Of a DNA stretch of 64,000 nucleotides, positions 45,230 through 58,172 are shown piece by piece (the stretch's first letter is position 1; every line of letters begins with the position of its first letter). The notes below the pieces were generated by a model. The model was not told where the DNA came from, did no database searches, and saw only the letters and a program-made list of their open reading frames with translations. A program made the translations under genes and the position numbers. This stretch comes from Eledone cirrhosa (Eukaryota), in the NCBI GenBank assembly GCA_964016885.1, contig OZ024743.1, positions 341,248,001 to 341,312,000 on the forward strand, read 5' to 3'.

Positions 45230-45500
45230 GTGCTTCCTTATAGAAGTATCAATATCAAAAGACGATAGCGTAATTCTAAACGAAATTGAGAAATATAAAT
45301 ATATCCAAATATGAAGGTCCAGTAATAGAGATAAGATTATGGTGATTGTAGTCAGAAATAATCCCTGTAATAATAGGAGCCTTGGTAATGACTAATAAAG
45401 ATGCTGACAAATACGTACTTAGAGCATTAGACTTATTCGTATATACAACATACATAAAATAGCTCTACCAGACTGTGCACAATTACTAATAGATTACTTC
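45230..45500 (+). mobile_element. Decayed R4/Dong 3' end fragment
   Basis: SKYE..IEI.LW..IIPVIIGAL remnants. Confidence 0.5.
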
Positions 45501-46499
45501 CAAGAAAATACTTTCCTCCAAAACATACCTATCATCACGACCAGCACCCAGCTGTGCAGTAGAAATGTTATAAAGATGCTACAACAGAGAGTGATAGAAT
45601 TGTAATCATAAAAGAATTCATTGATTCTATATTTGCCACAAAATCGACGGATACGGGAGGAATAAGAAAAACAAATTACCAGAAGGTTAAGACATTATGA
45701 AATATCGATTATGTAGAAAATTAGACATGTATTAAAACCCTAATCATACGTAATGTATAAATATGAGGCGTTTTATCAAAGAATAGCTAACTGCTAAGAA
45801 GCAAGAAACTTCTAAGATCGTGGACAATTCTGTGTTCTAAGTGGAAATGTCTTCTTTTACAAATTCTCTCCGCACTAAGTATGCACGTTGAACGTAAGTA
45901 CATTAATACGAGCCACACTTATCACTGGCACTAGTCATTCCACACATTTACTGGTGAGGACATCACATCCCTTTCCAATTGGAATATGAAGAAGCTGACG
46001 ATAGCCTGGTGGAATACAAAGGTTTCTTTCCATAATACATTGAATTTTCTCCTCAGTGAAAGATATTTCGTTTTAACCAGCTGCCAAATAAAGTATCCCG
46101 CACTTTTGTGACCAAAATGTAATTCTGGACATTTTCTCAATAGGGTCAGCTGTTTGACATTGTTACAGATCAATGCACAAACAAGAAAGGTGTTATGCAG
46201 CACTCTGCATAACACCTTTTGTCGCTTGCGTACCACTAATACAGATCCAGCTCATTGCAGTACATACCATATAATGTTTATACATAACTGGCATTGGTGC
46301 CTGATAACGCTGATCTTCATAGCTCCTGGGTTGAAAGACAAGGAATAATCTATTCACACGATCTTTGTCTAAGTTAAGAGACGCCATGACAAAATTGTCA
46401 CTGTTGACTGTCAATACATTGCTTAACATTTAAAGTAGCGTGAACGCCTGGCAGTTTTGTAGGTATCAGACCTACAGATATGACCCAAGACTGCAGCTA

Positions 46500-46750
46500 A
46501 GTCAATGAAATGAGATGGGAGGAATATGTGCTTTAAAAATACCCACTCTTACGGCCCCAATCACTAATGACGATGGTTTTGCACCTAGAAAGTTTCCTTC
46601 CGAGGCACAAGCCTGGGCAAGGTTTGTTTTGTGGAAGACCAGTAATTGCCCATGCATACCAGTCTTCCCTCTCCACGCCACTGATGTTGTCCAAGGGAAA
46701 GGCAATGACCGATACAGCTTAGCACCAGTGACGTCGCAACAGCTGAGTAA
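46500..46750 (+). mobile_element. RTE 5'UTR-related repeat
   Basis: GGAAGACCAG..TGCCCATGC..CCCTCTCCACGCCACTGATGTTGTCCAAGGGAAAGGC, recalled from RTE-associated SINEs. Confidence 0.45.
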
Positions 46751-47364
46751 AAATACACACTAATTCTGTTCATGCCTCAGGCTTCTACCTCAACCAAATG
46801 TCTGACTATTTTCCTGTGGAACGCGATCATTCCATATTATGAATCGAACGAGAAGACGCACCAATATAATAAGATGAAAACTTGGGCAAAGCACGATAGT
46901 CAGATGACAAAAAAAAAAATAAATAAAAAAACAGAGAGAGATATATGGATTCGCCACTTTTTCCTGACCTTTCGGGAATAGCTTTTTCTCAGTCCCATTC
47001 AATGTGAATCTGGTTATCATACTTGTAACATCGTCCCTTCTAACCAATACATCATTTGTAAGTAGTTTGAGTAAGTATCGAAGTACAAGGAACTTAAAAT
47101 TGACATATGTTCAATGTCAGTTATGTAAGGAAAAATAGCACTGATGATATTTGAGATTGTAGCACACTCACCAAGCACAATTTAGCAAACATTAAAATAA
47201 CAGAAGAAACTAAAAGGTAGACTTTATGAAAATAACATCGGAGAGGTCTGTACTGCCTCAATGACTCCAAAAGTAAGAACACAATTCTATACACACCCCA
47301 GAAAGGTAGAGGTGCACTAAAACTCGATGAAAGTATCACAGAAATGATAATATTAATAATTACT

Positions 47365-47860
47365 AATCCTTACGGGATAGATAAAAGAAAGAACCAGTAA
47401 TGAATTGGGGGTAATTGCTGACCTTGTTCCAAAAGTAGAAACAACTAATACTTGCTCATTTTGGCACAATATCAACAAGCTAAGAAGGGAGTGTAAATGG
47501 AGTGAATCGGCCTCAATGTTTCACCGGCACTTCATTTTATCGACTCCAAAAAGAGGAAAAACCGTGTTGAGTTTAGCGGGACGTGAAGAGTCAGGGCGAA
47601 TATCACCAAGCATTCTGTTCGTTAATTTTCCACCCTAGAAATAATGGTTCTGGTTTAAGCATAAGGCCGACAATTTTAGGTGAAGGGAAAGTCTATTATA
47701 TCGACTTAAGTTCGCGACTGGTGCTTTATTTTATCGATCCCGTAAGGATGACAGGCAAATCTAAACTCAGCCGGATTTGAACTCAGAACGTAAAGGGTCG
47801 TAACTATATGCCGCAAAGCATGTTGTCCGAAGCTCTACACACACTGCCAATCTACTGCAC
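47365..47860. mobile_element. Cluster of three MetaSINE-like fragments (+, -, -)
   Basis: Consensus matches at ~47365-47450 (+), ~47450-47585 (-), ~47640-47860 (-). Confidence 0.65.
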
Positions 47861-47889
47861 TCACCCTAGAAATAACAATTTCGTTATTG

Positions 47890-50800
47890 GCCACAAGGGC
47901 CGACGTATAGGGGGAAATACATAAGAAAGACATTGAAGTTTTGCAATAAAACCGAGTAAAAATAAGATATAACAGAAAACAATATATAATATACATAATA
48001 CAAAATCCCCTATAGGAGAAAGTACCACCCAGGGGTGATTCATATATCCCACTTATCCTAAACCACTCTTATCTCCTCTAAAGAGGCGCCCGTCTCCTCT
48101 CCAAATTAGCCAGCCTACAGACGTATGGTCAGAGTAGGTCAATTCACACGAACCATAGTCGTTACATTACCACATCTTTTAACAAATGTACTGCGGGCAA
48201 CACATTCCTCTCCTCAGTCAATGATTGATGGTCGGATCCGTACTAGACGTGATAATAGCTGCTCGACAAAACCCACAAGTCAGTAAAGCACGGACAGTGA
48301 ATGAGTGCGCTCAAAATGGTTCTTTCGCTCTGTGCACATCTGTGCTATAATACTCCCGTCTGACGATCATTTCGTGCCTGTAGAGTTTATATCGAACTGG
48401 CTGCGTCCCCCGGTTGCATTGACAAGCCACACTGAAATATGTCCATAGTACCTGGCTCGAACATTCAACGGAATAAAATGGACAATTAGCTTTCGTTGAA
48501 GCCCAAGGCTTCTCCGGGAATGTCATTGCAGGTATCTGCCACTAACACTCTATAGAACTCTGTTGTGGAATTTCCACAGACCCACATTGCCTGGCTGGTT
48601 GAGGGAAGTGAGCGTCTGGTAACATTCCAGATGCAAGACACCAAGAGTCGGTCTTCGCTTGACCCACAGCTGCAGATCAGTTAAAGAGATTTGCTGCGAA
48701 AAGAATTGTTTCATAAACGGCGACCACAAATGCTCACCGTATAAGAAGATCTGGAGATGCCGTAGCGTCAGCGTAGATTTGTGCATCATCAGCCACGGCA
48801 TGCTCAGCTATCAATGATCGACACGATCAAAAACTTTCTATTCAGAGAAATTGGTCAGAGCCCCACTGAGACAGGATTTACACCCTACCCTCTTTATGAA
48901 GTATCGCATAAGGTGGAGGTTGACGTGTATGGATCTAGTTGGGATTGCGCACGTCTCTGCTTCTCTTACCAGGCCCTCGACGACAAGTGCACGCCCGCCT
49001 CATAGTTAGCACCTTGGCCAAAATGTTAAGCTCTGTTATAAGCATAGTTATGGGCCGGAACTTATGTCCATTTTTCCTCGTCTTTCCTCATCAACGTTAC
49101 TACGCCCCGACTCACAGAACTTGGAATACCCCCATTCTTCTAGCAGTTGCAGTAGACAGCTTCGAGGAGATCGAAGGACAAGTCTGACATTGGTACATAA
49201 AATTTAGAGGACTGATAATCCAAACCCGGCGATTTTCCCCACGTAGTCGGTTCGGGCTTCTGTATCTCGACTACTGCTATTGGTTTTTCACAGTACACTG
49301 CATCAGTTACGGAAGGCCATCGAGTTAGAAACTGTAATCTGCTACCACCTCCAACCCCGCTCTCTACTTATAGTCGAGCAAATTCCTGGCGAAAAGATAC
49401 ACACTTCTGCATGGAATCAGCCAGCACGCGCTCATTTTGGTCCATTAAAGACGAATTCTGGTTTTGATGCCACGCTGCGCCTCTGCCACACGGGCACATC
49501 GAACAGCTTTCGCCCTCTCCTGTTATAGTGGTCGTGGTTTAGCTCTGACAATGACGCCTTCGTGTTCCTCATAGAAGAAATGGTTTAATGCAATTCTCAC
49601 CGCTAGTATGTCAGTTGCAATAATACTCCCAATTGTCTCTTCTAATTTAGAGTCCAAATCCCCCTCCTTTATACTTTTTCTATAGGTATTTATTCACTAA
49701 ATGCTATTGATTCTACTCTAATCTCTCTCTCGAGAGCACACTACCATTTGTTCTTGACGACTTACCCTGTCAACCTTCGCTTAACTAAAGTGCCAACCCG
49801 GTTTCTGTAGGCTTTACGCAGCGGGAACTACTAGTTAAGCTTCAAGTAACCATGTCTCTGCTTAAGTGTTCTATATACTCTATCCTCTGACCTAATGAAA
49901 CACCTAGCTACATACCATCTAGATGACCCTAGGTTGTCCAGGTCGACCCTTAGTCATTCAGGAAATCTAGTCGGTAACTGTCAGACAGTTGGAACTGCCT
50001 GATCAGTTTCTTGGGGTTTTAGTCACACCACCTCTATCTACTACACCAACACAATCCCAGCGTGCGTCCATGATGTAGTTCCAGACGCCAGCTAACGCTA
50101 AAGAGCAAGATGTTTCTATAAAAGCTTTTAAACATCTGAAGAAATCCTGCCGTCCTGCACCGGTCGGGGAGTAGAGGACCACTAGTCTAAAGGCAATACC
50201 TTGGGTATTGCTCACTTTCAGGACCACAATCTTATCATTCTGGTTCAGGAAGATCGTCCGTAACTCGAGATTTATATTTTTCCTAAACAGCACAGCCACC
50301 TAGCCTCCCATTCGAGCCCGACTAACAGATGCATGATCTTATAGTCATCGAAAATGGGGGATGGTGCGTGCATGTCAGAAATCCTGGTCTGGCTGACGGC
50401 GGTCACATCCATATCCTGAGGTCATTCAGCAAGTGACCTTGTTTCCAAGTCGATCCAAGTCCAAGAACATGGATACATCCTACACTTATAACAGCCATCT
50501 TAACTGGTTAATTAATAGAGAAAAAGTGTGTGTTAATGGGGCAGTCTACTTACCCTCCGTGTGCTGTTGCAGATACGGGGATGGGTTTCAGCTGCATCTT
50601 TAGTGGGGTTTCATTCAGGAACCCCTTTAAAAGCCAGCTTGGGGCTCTTACCCTGTGTATCCATGTCAAGTGGGTGGTTCTCCTTATTGTTTTCATAGGT
50701 TTCAAGTACCAGTCGCACCATCATTAGAGTATGTGGCGTTGTTTCATGTGCTGGGTGCAAAAATCTCCCTCTGTTTCCCAATCCCTTTTCTTAGCGCTAT

Positions 50801-51225
50801 GAGGGCCATCAGTTCATTTTTTGCCCTTCTTATTAGCACGAATCTGTGGTGTATGTGCCGTTGGTTGTTGTTGTTGTGTATATGTTAATTTGCTTGTTAG
50901 TGGTGCTAGTGTTGGCGGTCGTAGTTTTGGTGGTGTGGTGTTGGTGGAATTTGAGTTGTTATGGTTGTGTCGGCCTTTGTTGTGTGTCTGGTGTCTGCGT
51001 TTTCTGCTCTATGTGCATGTGTATAAGATGCCAGATGCTTTTGCCTTGTGTTTTCTTTTTTTGGTTCATTTTTTGGGGCGGGGGTCGTGGTCTCTACATC
51101 TTTCACTTCGTGATGAAGAGGTCACGGTGTCTTTGGAATCTGTTTCGGCAGTTAGTGGGAGTGTTTTTGTTTTTGTGAAGGTGTCTATGCGTGTTTTGTA
51201 TTTAGATGAGACGGCCATCTTTAAA
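47890..51225 (-). mobile_element. Decayed, internally deleted Tx1/L1-clade LINE
   Basis: APE remnants (AVLFRK, FRLVVLYSP), RT start, MPWLMMH segment collinear with ~62640, 3' region like 63400-63600. Confidence 0.75.
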
Positions 51226-51944
51226 ATCAATAGTGTCATATTTTACGAATGGCAATAACCTGCCTCTGATGCTAAACGACAATTATGCCATATTCGGGAG
51301 CAGATGTACAGGAAGCTACAGATATACGCATCAACATATTCTGCCTTTAGTAAGAAAGGGCAAAATGAATTCAATGGATACCAGATAGGTTAGGTTTTAT
51401 AATTCTTTCTTAATGAACAACGCAAGTTACTTACAGCATAGAAGAAGTAATTATTTATACTACATAGATTTTAATCATCGTAAAATTGCAAGTAAAATAA
51501 CTCAAATAAATGTACACATCTATGTAGCGAATGATGATTAAATGCAGATTCAGCAGTAAACAACACAACTACATACGCTCGAATGCCGAATGTATGCTAT
51601 TAGAGGAAACTTTCCTCAACTTTATATTCTTTTTGATCACAAGTCAAAATCTACATTGGAAAATACGTAGTAGCAACATTGAATTAGATAAGGTATTCAC
51701 TAAAGTAGAAATTAAAATAGTTTGGAAACCAATAATTAGTTGGACGAATACGTAGCAACAATTTAAATGGAAAAAAATATCCGCCCAGAATTTTAGGAAA
51801 ACTGATTTTAAACTTGATTTCTGAAGCTTCGGGGGATAGAAAAGTCCTGGTATGATAATGTTCAAATAACTTATTCTTTGCCATTTGACACTGCTAACAG
51901 CTCCAGCTTCAAGAACCTCTTCAATGGACCGAACAAAACAGGAA

Positions 51945-52592
51945 CGTGCATTATCGTTAGAACATCCTTTGTAGGTTAGAGTTATGGTCCTTTACATTCT
52001 GAGTTCAAATCCTGCCGAGTTTAATGTTTGCCTTTCATCCTTGATGAGTCGATAAAATAAAGCACCGGTAATGCACAGGGCTCAATTAAGCGATTTTACC
52101 CTCCCTCAAAACTGTTTGCCTTGTGTCTAAATCAGAAACCATTATTAGAAGAGTACAAGGGGAGTAGATTGGCAGTATCGGTAGAGCGTGGGACAACATG
52201 TTTAACAACGCAGAGTTATGGCCCTTTACTTTCAGAGATAAAATCCCGCCGTGGTTAATTTGCCTTTCATCCTTACGTTGTCGATAAAAATGTACCAGTA
52301 ATGCCCTGAAATAAGTTTCATTGATTTCCCTCCTCACCGAAATTTTTTGGCCATGTGTATGAATAAGAAACTATTATTAGAAGAATGGGCGGTGGATTGG
52401 CAGTATCATCAGTAGAGGGTTGAACGCCATGTTTTGCAGCATAGAGCTACGTCCCGTTACAGTCTGAGTTCAAATCCCTCCCAGGTTAACTTTGTCTTTC
52501 ATCCTTACATGGTCGATCAAATAAAGTACCCGCAATATACTACGGGTACTTGTTGGCCCTGTGCCAAAAGTAGAAACAATTATTAGAAGAAT
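51945..52592 (+). mobile_element. Three head-to-tail MetaSINE-like SINEs
   Basis: Consensus matches, each followed by ATTATTAGAAGA. Confidence 0.85.
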
Positions 52593-52733
52593 ACTCATCA
52601 CCAAGAAATTATGAATATATTAAACCATCTTACAATTGACTCATGACTTGTATGCGGGATATTTATTACATACTCTCCAAAAGATTTTATTGAAAAGAAT
52701 TAAAGGAACATGGAAATTGAGTTTGTAAAATCT

Positions 52734-52905
52734 AATTGTTTCTACTTTTGGCACAAGGCCAGCAATTATCCAGTACATTACTGGTACTTTATTTTATCGA
52801 CCTCATAAGGATAAGAGGCAACGTTAACCTCGGCGGGATTTGAACTCAGATCATAAAGGGAGGTAATTCTATGCTTCAAAGCATGGCGTGCGACTTTCTA
52901 CCGAG
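52734..52905 (-). mobile_element. MetaSINE-like SINE
   Basis: Reverse complement of the consensus. Confidence 0.8.
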
Positions 52906-53096
52906 TTTGTTAAATAAAATGGCACGTTGAATGTTCAACAAAATACCGTAATTGACACCTACATTTTAAAGTGTTATTTCCGTTATTTTAATTCTTTTGA
53001 AAGGAATTTTTTCCTGATCAAGGCCAAACTAATTATTAACAATCTCTCTTTCTCACTCTCTCCCACACAGGCACACACACACACACACACACACAT

Positions 53097-53176
<80 letters not shown>

Positions 53177-53178
<2 letters not shown>

Positions 53179-53420
53179 AAGGCGGGTAAAATTCCCGAGA
53201 TCCATGGACGAGTTCTCTCCAGCAGTCTCTGTCCCTCATTATCGCTGCCATGTCCTGCGTCTCCAACAGACCAGTGTCTGTCCTTAGGGCATCAACATAC
53301 GTTAACCTTGGTCTTCCTCTTCTAGTGTGTCCATGTAGGGGCTCCCAAAGGAGCACTGAGTGCAATGGCAACTCTGGATGTCGGTGAGCATGTCCAGCCA
53401 ACCTCAGTCTCCTCTGTGTC
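53177..53420 (-). mobile_element. RTE/RTEX-like LINE 3' terminal fragment
   Basis: RRLRLAGHAHR..LLWEP..RRGRPRLTYVD..DRDCWR; the stop codon is followed directly by (TA)n. Confidence 0.8.
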
Positions 53421-53564
53421 ACTTTTGAGCTGACTTTTGGGATGCTCCCATACAGCTCTGAAAATTAGGTAGTAACATGTGCTTACGCCGTATTTGACTA
53501 AATAGAATTAGTCTACTTGTTACAATTACAAAAAAACCCTCTGAATGGAAAATTGGATGAGTAT

Positions 53565-53635
53565 TGACGTATATGGGACACAAACCCACAACTTTGGTTT
53601 GCCGGACCAATGTGTTACCATTACACCAACACATC
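53565..53635 (-). tRNA. tRNA-like cloverleaf (pseudo-tRNA or element-borne; nominal anticodon GGC)
   Basis: Acceptor GATGTGT/ATACGTC, D GTGT/ACAC, anticodon stem TTGGT/ACCAA with loop CCGGCAA, T stem GTGGG/CCCAT; non-canonical C33 and T-loop TTTGTGT; T7 run downstream. Confidence 0.55.
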
Positions 53636-53704
53636 AACCCATACTTCCTTCCATTCGATTAGCAGCTATATAACCCTATAAGTGGTTACACGACAGTTAG
53701 TTGA

Positions 53705-53754
53705 CCATACCGAGAACAATTGTTTCACCTTAGCGGATCTTCAGCTCGGGATGG
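53705..53754 (-). ncRNA. Type I minimal hammerhead ribozyme
   Basis: CCATCCCGAG-CTGAAGA-TCCGCTAAGGT-GAAA-CAATTG-TT-CTCGGTATGG. Confidence 0.8.
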
Positions 53755-53771
53755 GCATGGTTATAGGAACA

Positions 53772-53803
<32 letters not shown>

Positions 53804-54152
53804 AATATGGAGACACAAAGACATAAAGTCTTGTTTAGAAACGGCTAACGAATTTGAAAATTATGTAGGAACATGTTCTTAAGGTATATTTGACCAGCAT
53901 GTGCTTACGCCGTATATGGTTAAATACAATTAGTCTATTAGTTGGGATTTAAAAAACCCTCTGATCTATCACCGTAACGATGTACACGAATGAAAACACA
54001 TATTTTGTGTGCTTTGCTTTAAAATCAATGTCAGTTTGTTGAAACGAAATGTTCTTATCATTTTATCTATGAAATATTTTAGTACTGATTCATTAATTAC
54101 TTTTATTTTTCGTCTGTCTCCTTTATCTTATTTTATTATATCTGGTGTATGA

Positions 54153-54582
54153 AGGGCGGTGGATTGGTACTATCAGTAGAGCGTCGGACAACATGCTTTG
54201 CAGGTTACGTTCTGAGTTCAAATCACGCTGTTGTTAGATTTGCTTTTCATCCTTACGAGGTCGATAAAATAAAGTACCAGTAACGCACTGGGGTTGGTTT
54301 AATCGACTTTCCCCTTCCCTCAAATTGTTGGCCTTGTGCCTAAATGAGAAACCATTATTTTAGGGCGATGGATTGGCAGTACCGGTAGAGAGTCGGACGC
54401 CATGCTTTGCAGCACAGAGTTACGGCCCTTTATGATCTGAGTTCAAATCCCACCGAGGTGAACTTTGCCTTTCTTCCTTACGGGGTCGAGAAAATAAAGT
54501 ATCAGCCAAGCACTGGGGTCGATTTAATCAACTTTCCCCGCCGACAAAATTGATGGCCTTTTGCCTAAATAAGAAACCATTG
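54153..54582 (+). mobile_element. Two head-to-tail MetaSINE-like SINEs
   Basis: Consensus matches; flanked by TSD-like ATT(A/G)TAT(C/T)TGGTGTATGA. Confidence 0.85.
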
Positions 54583-54932
54583 TATTTGGTGTATGAGTGT
54601 GAGCATGTGCGTGTGTGTGTGTGCGCTTGTGCATTGGTGTGTATGGATGTGATTAGAGAGGTTATCTGTATGAGTGATGGGTCACTGCACAACCTTTACA
54701 ACAGCGGCATTTGTAAACCGAAGCCCTAACGAGAAGAGATTTGCGAATCGACACATAGTGGTATTGAATCCCATAACAACCGAAATCATGAAACATAGAA
54801 GCAACATTGTGCCATAAAATAAGGAGTTAAAAAGAAAGACAAAAATAATATACGGATATTATGGAAAGGGAACCGTGAAAGATACCTGGAATGTTTTCAG
54901 ACAAAGTTATATATTATTCAAAATATAAACTA

Positions 54933-55098
54933 ATAATTGTTTGTACTTTTGGCAGAAAGACAGCAAATACTGGTACTTTATTTTATCGACCCCATAAGGA
55001 TGAAAGCCAAGTTAACCTCGACCGGATTTGAACTCAGACTATAAAAGGACGTAACTATGCTAGAAAGCATGGCGTCCAACCCTCTACCGATACTGCCA
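54933..55098 (-). mobile_element. MetaSINE-like SINE
   Basis: Reverse complement of the consensus. Confidence 0.8.
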
Positions 55099-55259
55099 AC
55101 AAGCGATAAATTATATATAAATGCCACGTTAACATTGAAAATATCGAACGTTTCCATCGATTAACAGAAATATCATTTTGTGATCGATATAATTTGATAA
55201 TTCCTGGTTTGTTGAATATAATACCTCCATAAATATACTAATACGCAGCTCCAACATGT

Positions 55260-55303
<44 letters not shown>

Positions 55304-55359
55304 TCTATATATATAACAATGATATTAATAAATGGAAACTATGTTTATAAAACCATACT

Positions 55360-55420
55360 TATTCTATTATATATATTTCAAGAGTACCAAATCTTTGGTA
55401 CGGCCTCATCAGATAAAATA
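55360..55420 (-). ncRNA. Type I minimal hammerhead ribozyme
   Basis: TATTTTAT-CTGATGA-GGCCGTACCAAA..TTTGGTACTCTT-GAAA-TATATA-TA-ATAGAATA. Confidence 0.75.
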
Positions 55421-55770
55421 CAAAGTTTGTTTTATAAATATTGACATATCCAGGAATGAGACCTTAACGGTTCAAGTTTTACCTGGATAGTAAAAGGAAA
55501 AAGGGCAAGAGAGGAATAAAACAAATATTTCAAATTATTTAGATAAATATGCATATGGGGTTGAGACGCTAGGTAGATTTAAATAATGATTAGTATATAT
55601 ATATATGTATGTATAGGAGGAAGAAAGAGATAGAAAGAAAAGCTTGTATTTATATCACTATAATGTACGTGAATTTAAAAAGATTGAAACGTTCAGAATT
55701 AACAGTTTGTTGGAGTGGTGGAATATGATTCCAGAATTTAATAAAATATTTAGCTAAATTATGAGTTATA

Positions 55771-56560
55771 ATATAAGTATGTATACGTACATACATATAT
55801 GTATACAGACGTACAGTAGTATGTATATATATATACATACATGCACACATATATATATGTACGTATGGATTCACCGAACATTTATGATAATGCTCGGTGT
55901 ATTTGTAAACAAACATCCCGAATTAAGCCGTACAGTGTCTAGCAACCATCGTTGCTCATTTTTTCAACACTGACAAAGGAACGCTGTACTAGTTTCAAGC
56001 GTATTAGCTTTCGTCAGCAACGTATACCTTCCTGCCAGATGATTGAACGTCTGAAAGTATATACTTTCCTTATGCATATTAACCGCTGCGCAGCCTAATT
56101 TGCATATCGAGTGAGTTAATCGGCCGGAGTACCGAAAACGATAAACGGAAAAAAATGAAACGAAATTTCATTTCTCACTCTTAGTACGGCTGTTACTTAA
56201 ATATAAGTATGTATACGTACATACATATATGTATACAGACATACAGTAGTATGTATATATATATACATACATGCACACATATATATATGTACGTATGGAT
56301 TCACCGAACATTTATTTTAATGCTCTGTATACGATGGGTGCTAGACACTGTACGGCTTAATTCGGGATGTTTGTTTACAAACACACCGAACATTATAATA
56401 AATGTTCGGTTAATCCATACGTACATATATATATATGTGCATGTATCTATATATATATACATACTACTGTACGTCTGTATACATTTATGTATATACGTAT
56501 ACATACTTATATTTAAGTAACAGCCGTACTAAGTGTGAGAAATGAAATTTCGTTTCATTG
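55771..56560 (-). mobile_element. HHR-containing 430-bp permuted repeat with inverted arm
   Basis: 55771-55895 repeats at 56201-56325; 56331-56559 is an inverted copy. Confidence 0.7.
55970..56038 (-). ncRNA. Type I minimal hammerhead ribozyme
   Basis: ACGTTG-CTGACGA-AAGC TAATAC GCTT-GAAA-CTAG-TA-CAGCGT; extended stem I CTGGCA..AAGG/CCTT..TGTCAG. Confidence 0.85.
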
Positions 56561-57175
56561 TGTTATATTATATATATAATCAATTAGATTATATTAAGAA
56601 TTATGGTTGTAAGTAAATTTTATCTTATTATATTGCAACGGTTGTAAGTATATAAATATCTATATTGATTAATAATTGTATAAATATAAATATATATTGG
56701 TGATTATATAGATATAAAACACACGTATTTCTTATATGAGTTACGAAGGATGTTGATTTTACATTTTACATATATATTTAAGAAAAACACATAGTTCAAA
56801 TTATAAGAGAAGAACAATTTGTAGATTCAAATATTTTCATCCAACATTGAAAATATTTACAGAACATTATTAATTTAGCGATATTACATAATTTATCATA
56901 CAAGTTATGTCTATGTTTGCTCAATTGTAAAGGAAAGGAGGACTCCAATATTATTTGTTAAATAATTAAAATTAGATTTGATGAATAATTTTCTTAGAAA
57001 ATGCGGAAAGTATGTAGAGAAAATGATATATTATGTTGTGTAAGATTATAAGATATTTCATATTACATCTTTTCAAGGATGAGAATTTCAATTATATATT
57101 ATACGTCGAGTGCTTCGAATCTGTTATAAATATATATATATTTGTTGATTTACCAACAAATTAAATATCCCTTTG

Positions 57176-57217
<42 letters not shown>

Positions 57218-57221
<4 letters not shown>

Positions 57222-57310
57222 AACGAGTTCCTATTACCCACTCTACTACACTAAGTATTGAGTACTTTGGTGCGTTATCGTCCACCTGCTTCCTTACCAC
57301 ATTTCCTTCG

Positions 57311-57312
<2 letters not shown>
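57218..57312 (+). mobile_element. Penelope-like tail with mini-inversion in (TA)n
   Basis: TAGGAACGAGTTCCTA followed by the family tail. Confidence 0.85.
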
Positions 57313-57349
<37 letters not shown>

Positions 57350-57355
57350 TATAAA

Positions 57356-57424
<69 letters not shown>

Positions 57425-57427
<3 letters not shown>

Positions 57428-57570
57428 GAAAAAACGAGGTAGTTTTGTTTACATATGAAAAATATTTTTTGCGTATCGAAACTTCCTCGTTTTTTCTATA
57501 ATATACACTCTGCCTGTGCATAGAGTGCTTGCTTTGGTATCAACATAGTATTTCAGCGTACTACCTACAC
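57425..57570 (+). mobile_element. Short inverted-arm plus tail insertion in (TA)n
   Basis: TAGAAAAAACGAGG/CCTCGTTTTTTCTA arms, ~70-nt tail. Confidence 0.55.
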
Positions 57571-57617
57571 TATATATATATATACAGCGAGGGAGAGAGG
57601 GGGGTAGGAGAGTGAGA

Positions 57618-57746
57618 GAAGAAGAAGAAGAAGAAGAAGAAGAAGAAGAAGAAGAAGAAGAAGAAGAAGAAGAAGAAGAAGAAGAAGAAGAAGAAGAAGA
57701 AGAAGAAGAAGAAGAAGAAGAAGAAGAAGAAGAAGAAGAAGAAGAA
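57618..57746. repeat. (GAA)n microsatellite
   Basis: About 43 uninterrupted units. Confidence 0.95.
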
Positions 57747-57987
57747 AGAAAGCGACATAGATCAATCGACTAGTATAGGGCACACACATTTCAAAGTTCA
57801 ATTCTACAAAATGTTTGTTTAGCCAACCTGAGTGTTTGTGTGTGCTTGTGTGTGAGTCAGTGTGCGTAAATGAATCAATTGAAGGTGCAATTTCTTACAC
57901 TAACAAATCATTTATATCATAGTTCAGAATCATCAGTAGGAATTATATAGATCACATTTCGAACGTTGGGTATGCAATATATATGTA

Positions 57988-58033
<46 letters not shown>

Positions 58034-58135
58034 CGTGTGAGTGTGTATACGTATGAATGAAGTAATTCCGTCGAGAAAGGTCCAGGAAAAAAGAGTGCTC
58101 TATGTAGGTTATAGAGCTTAATAGTTATAACGTAA

Positions 58136-58172
<37 letters not shown>

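Noticed and set aside
57880-57945. CTGATGA..GAAATTGCAC on the minus strand
   Set aside because: Stems I and III do not close properly
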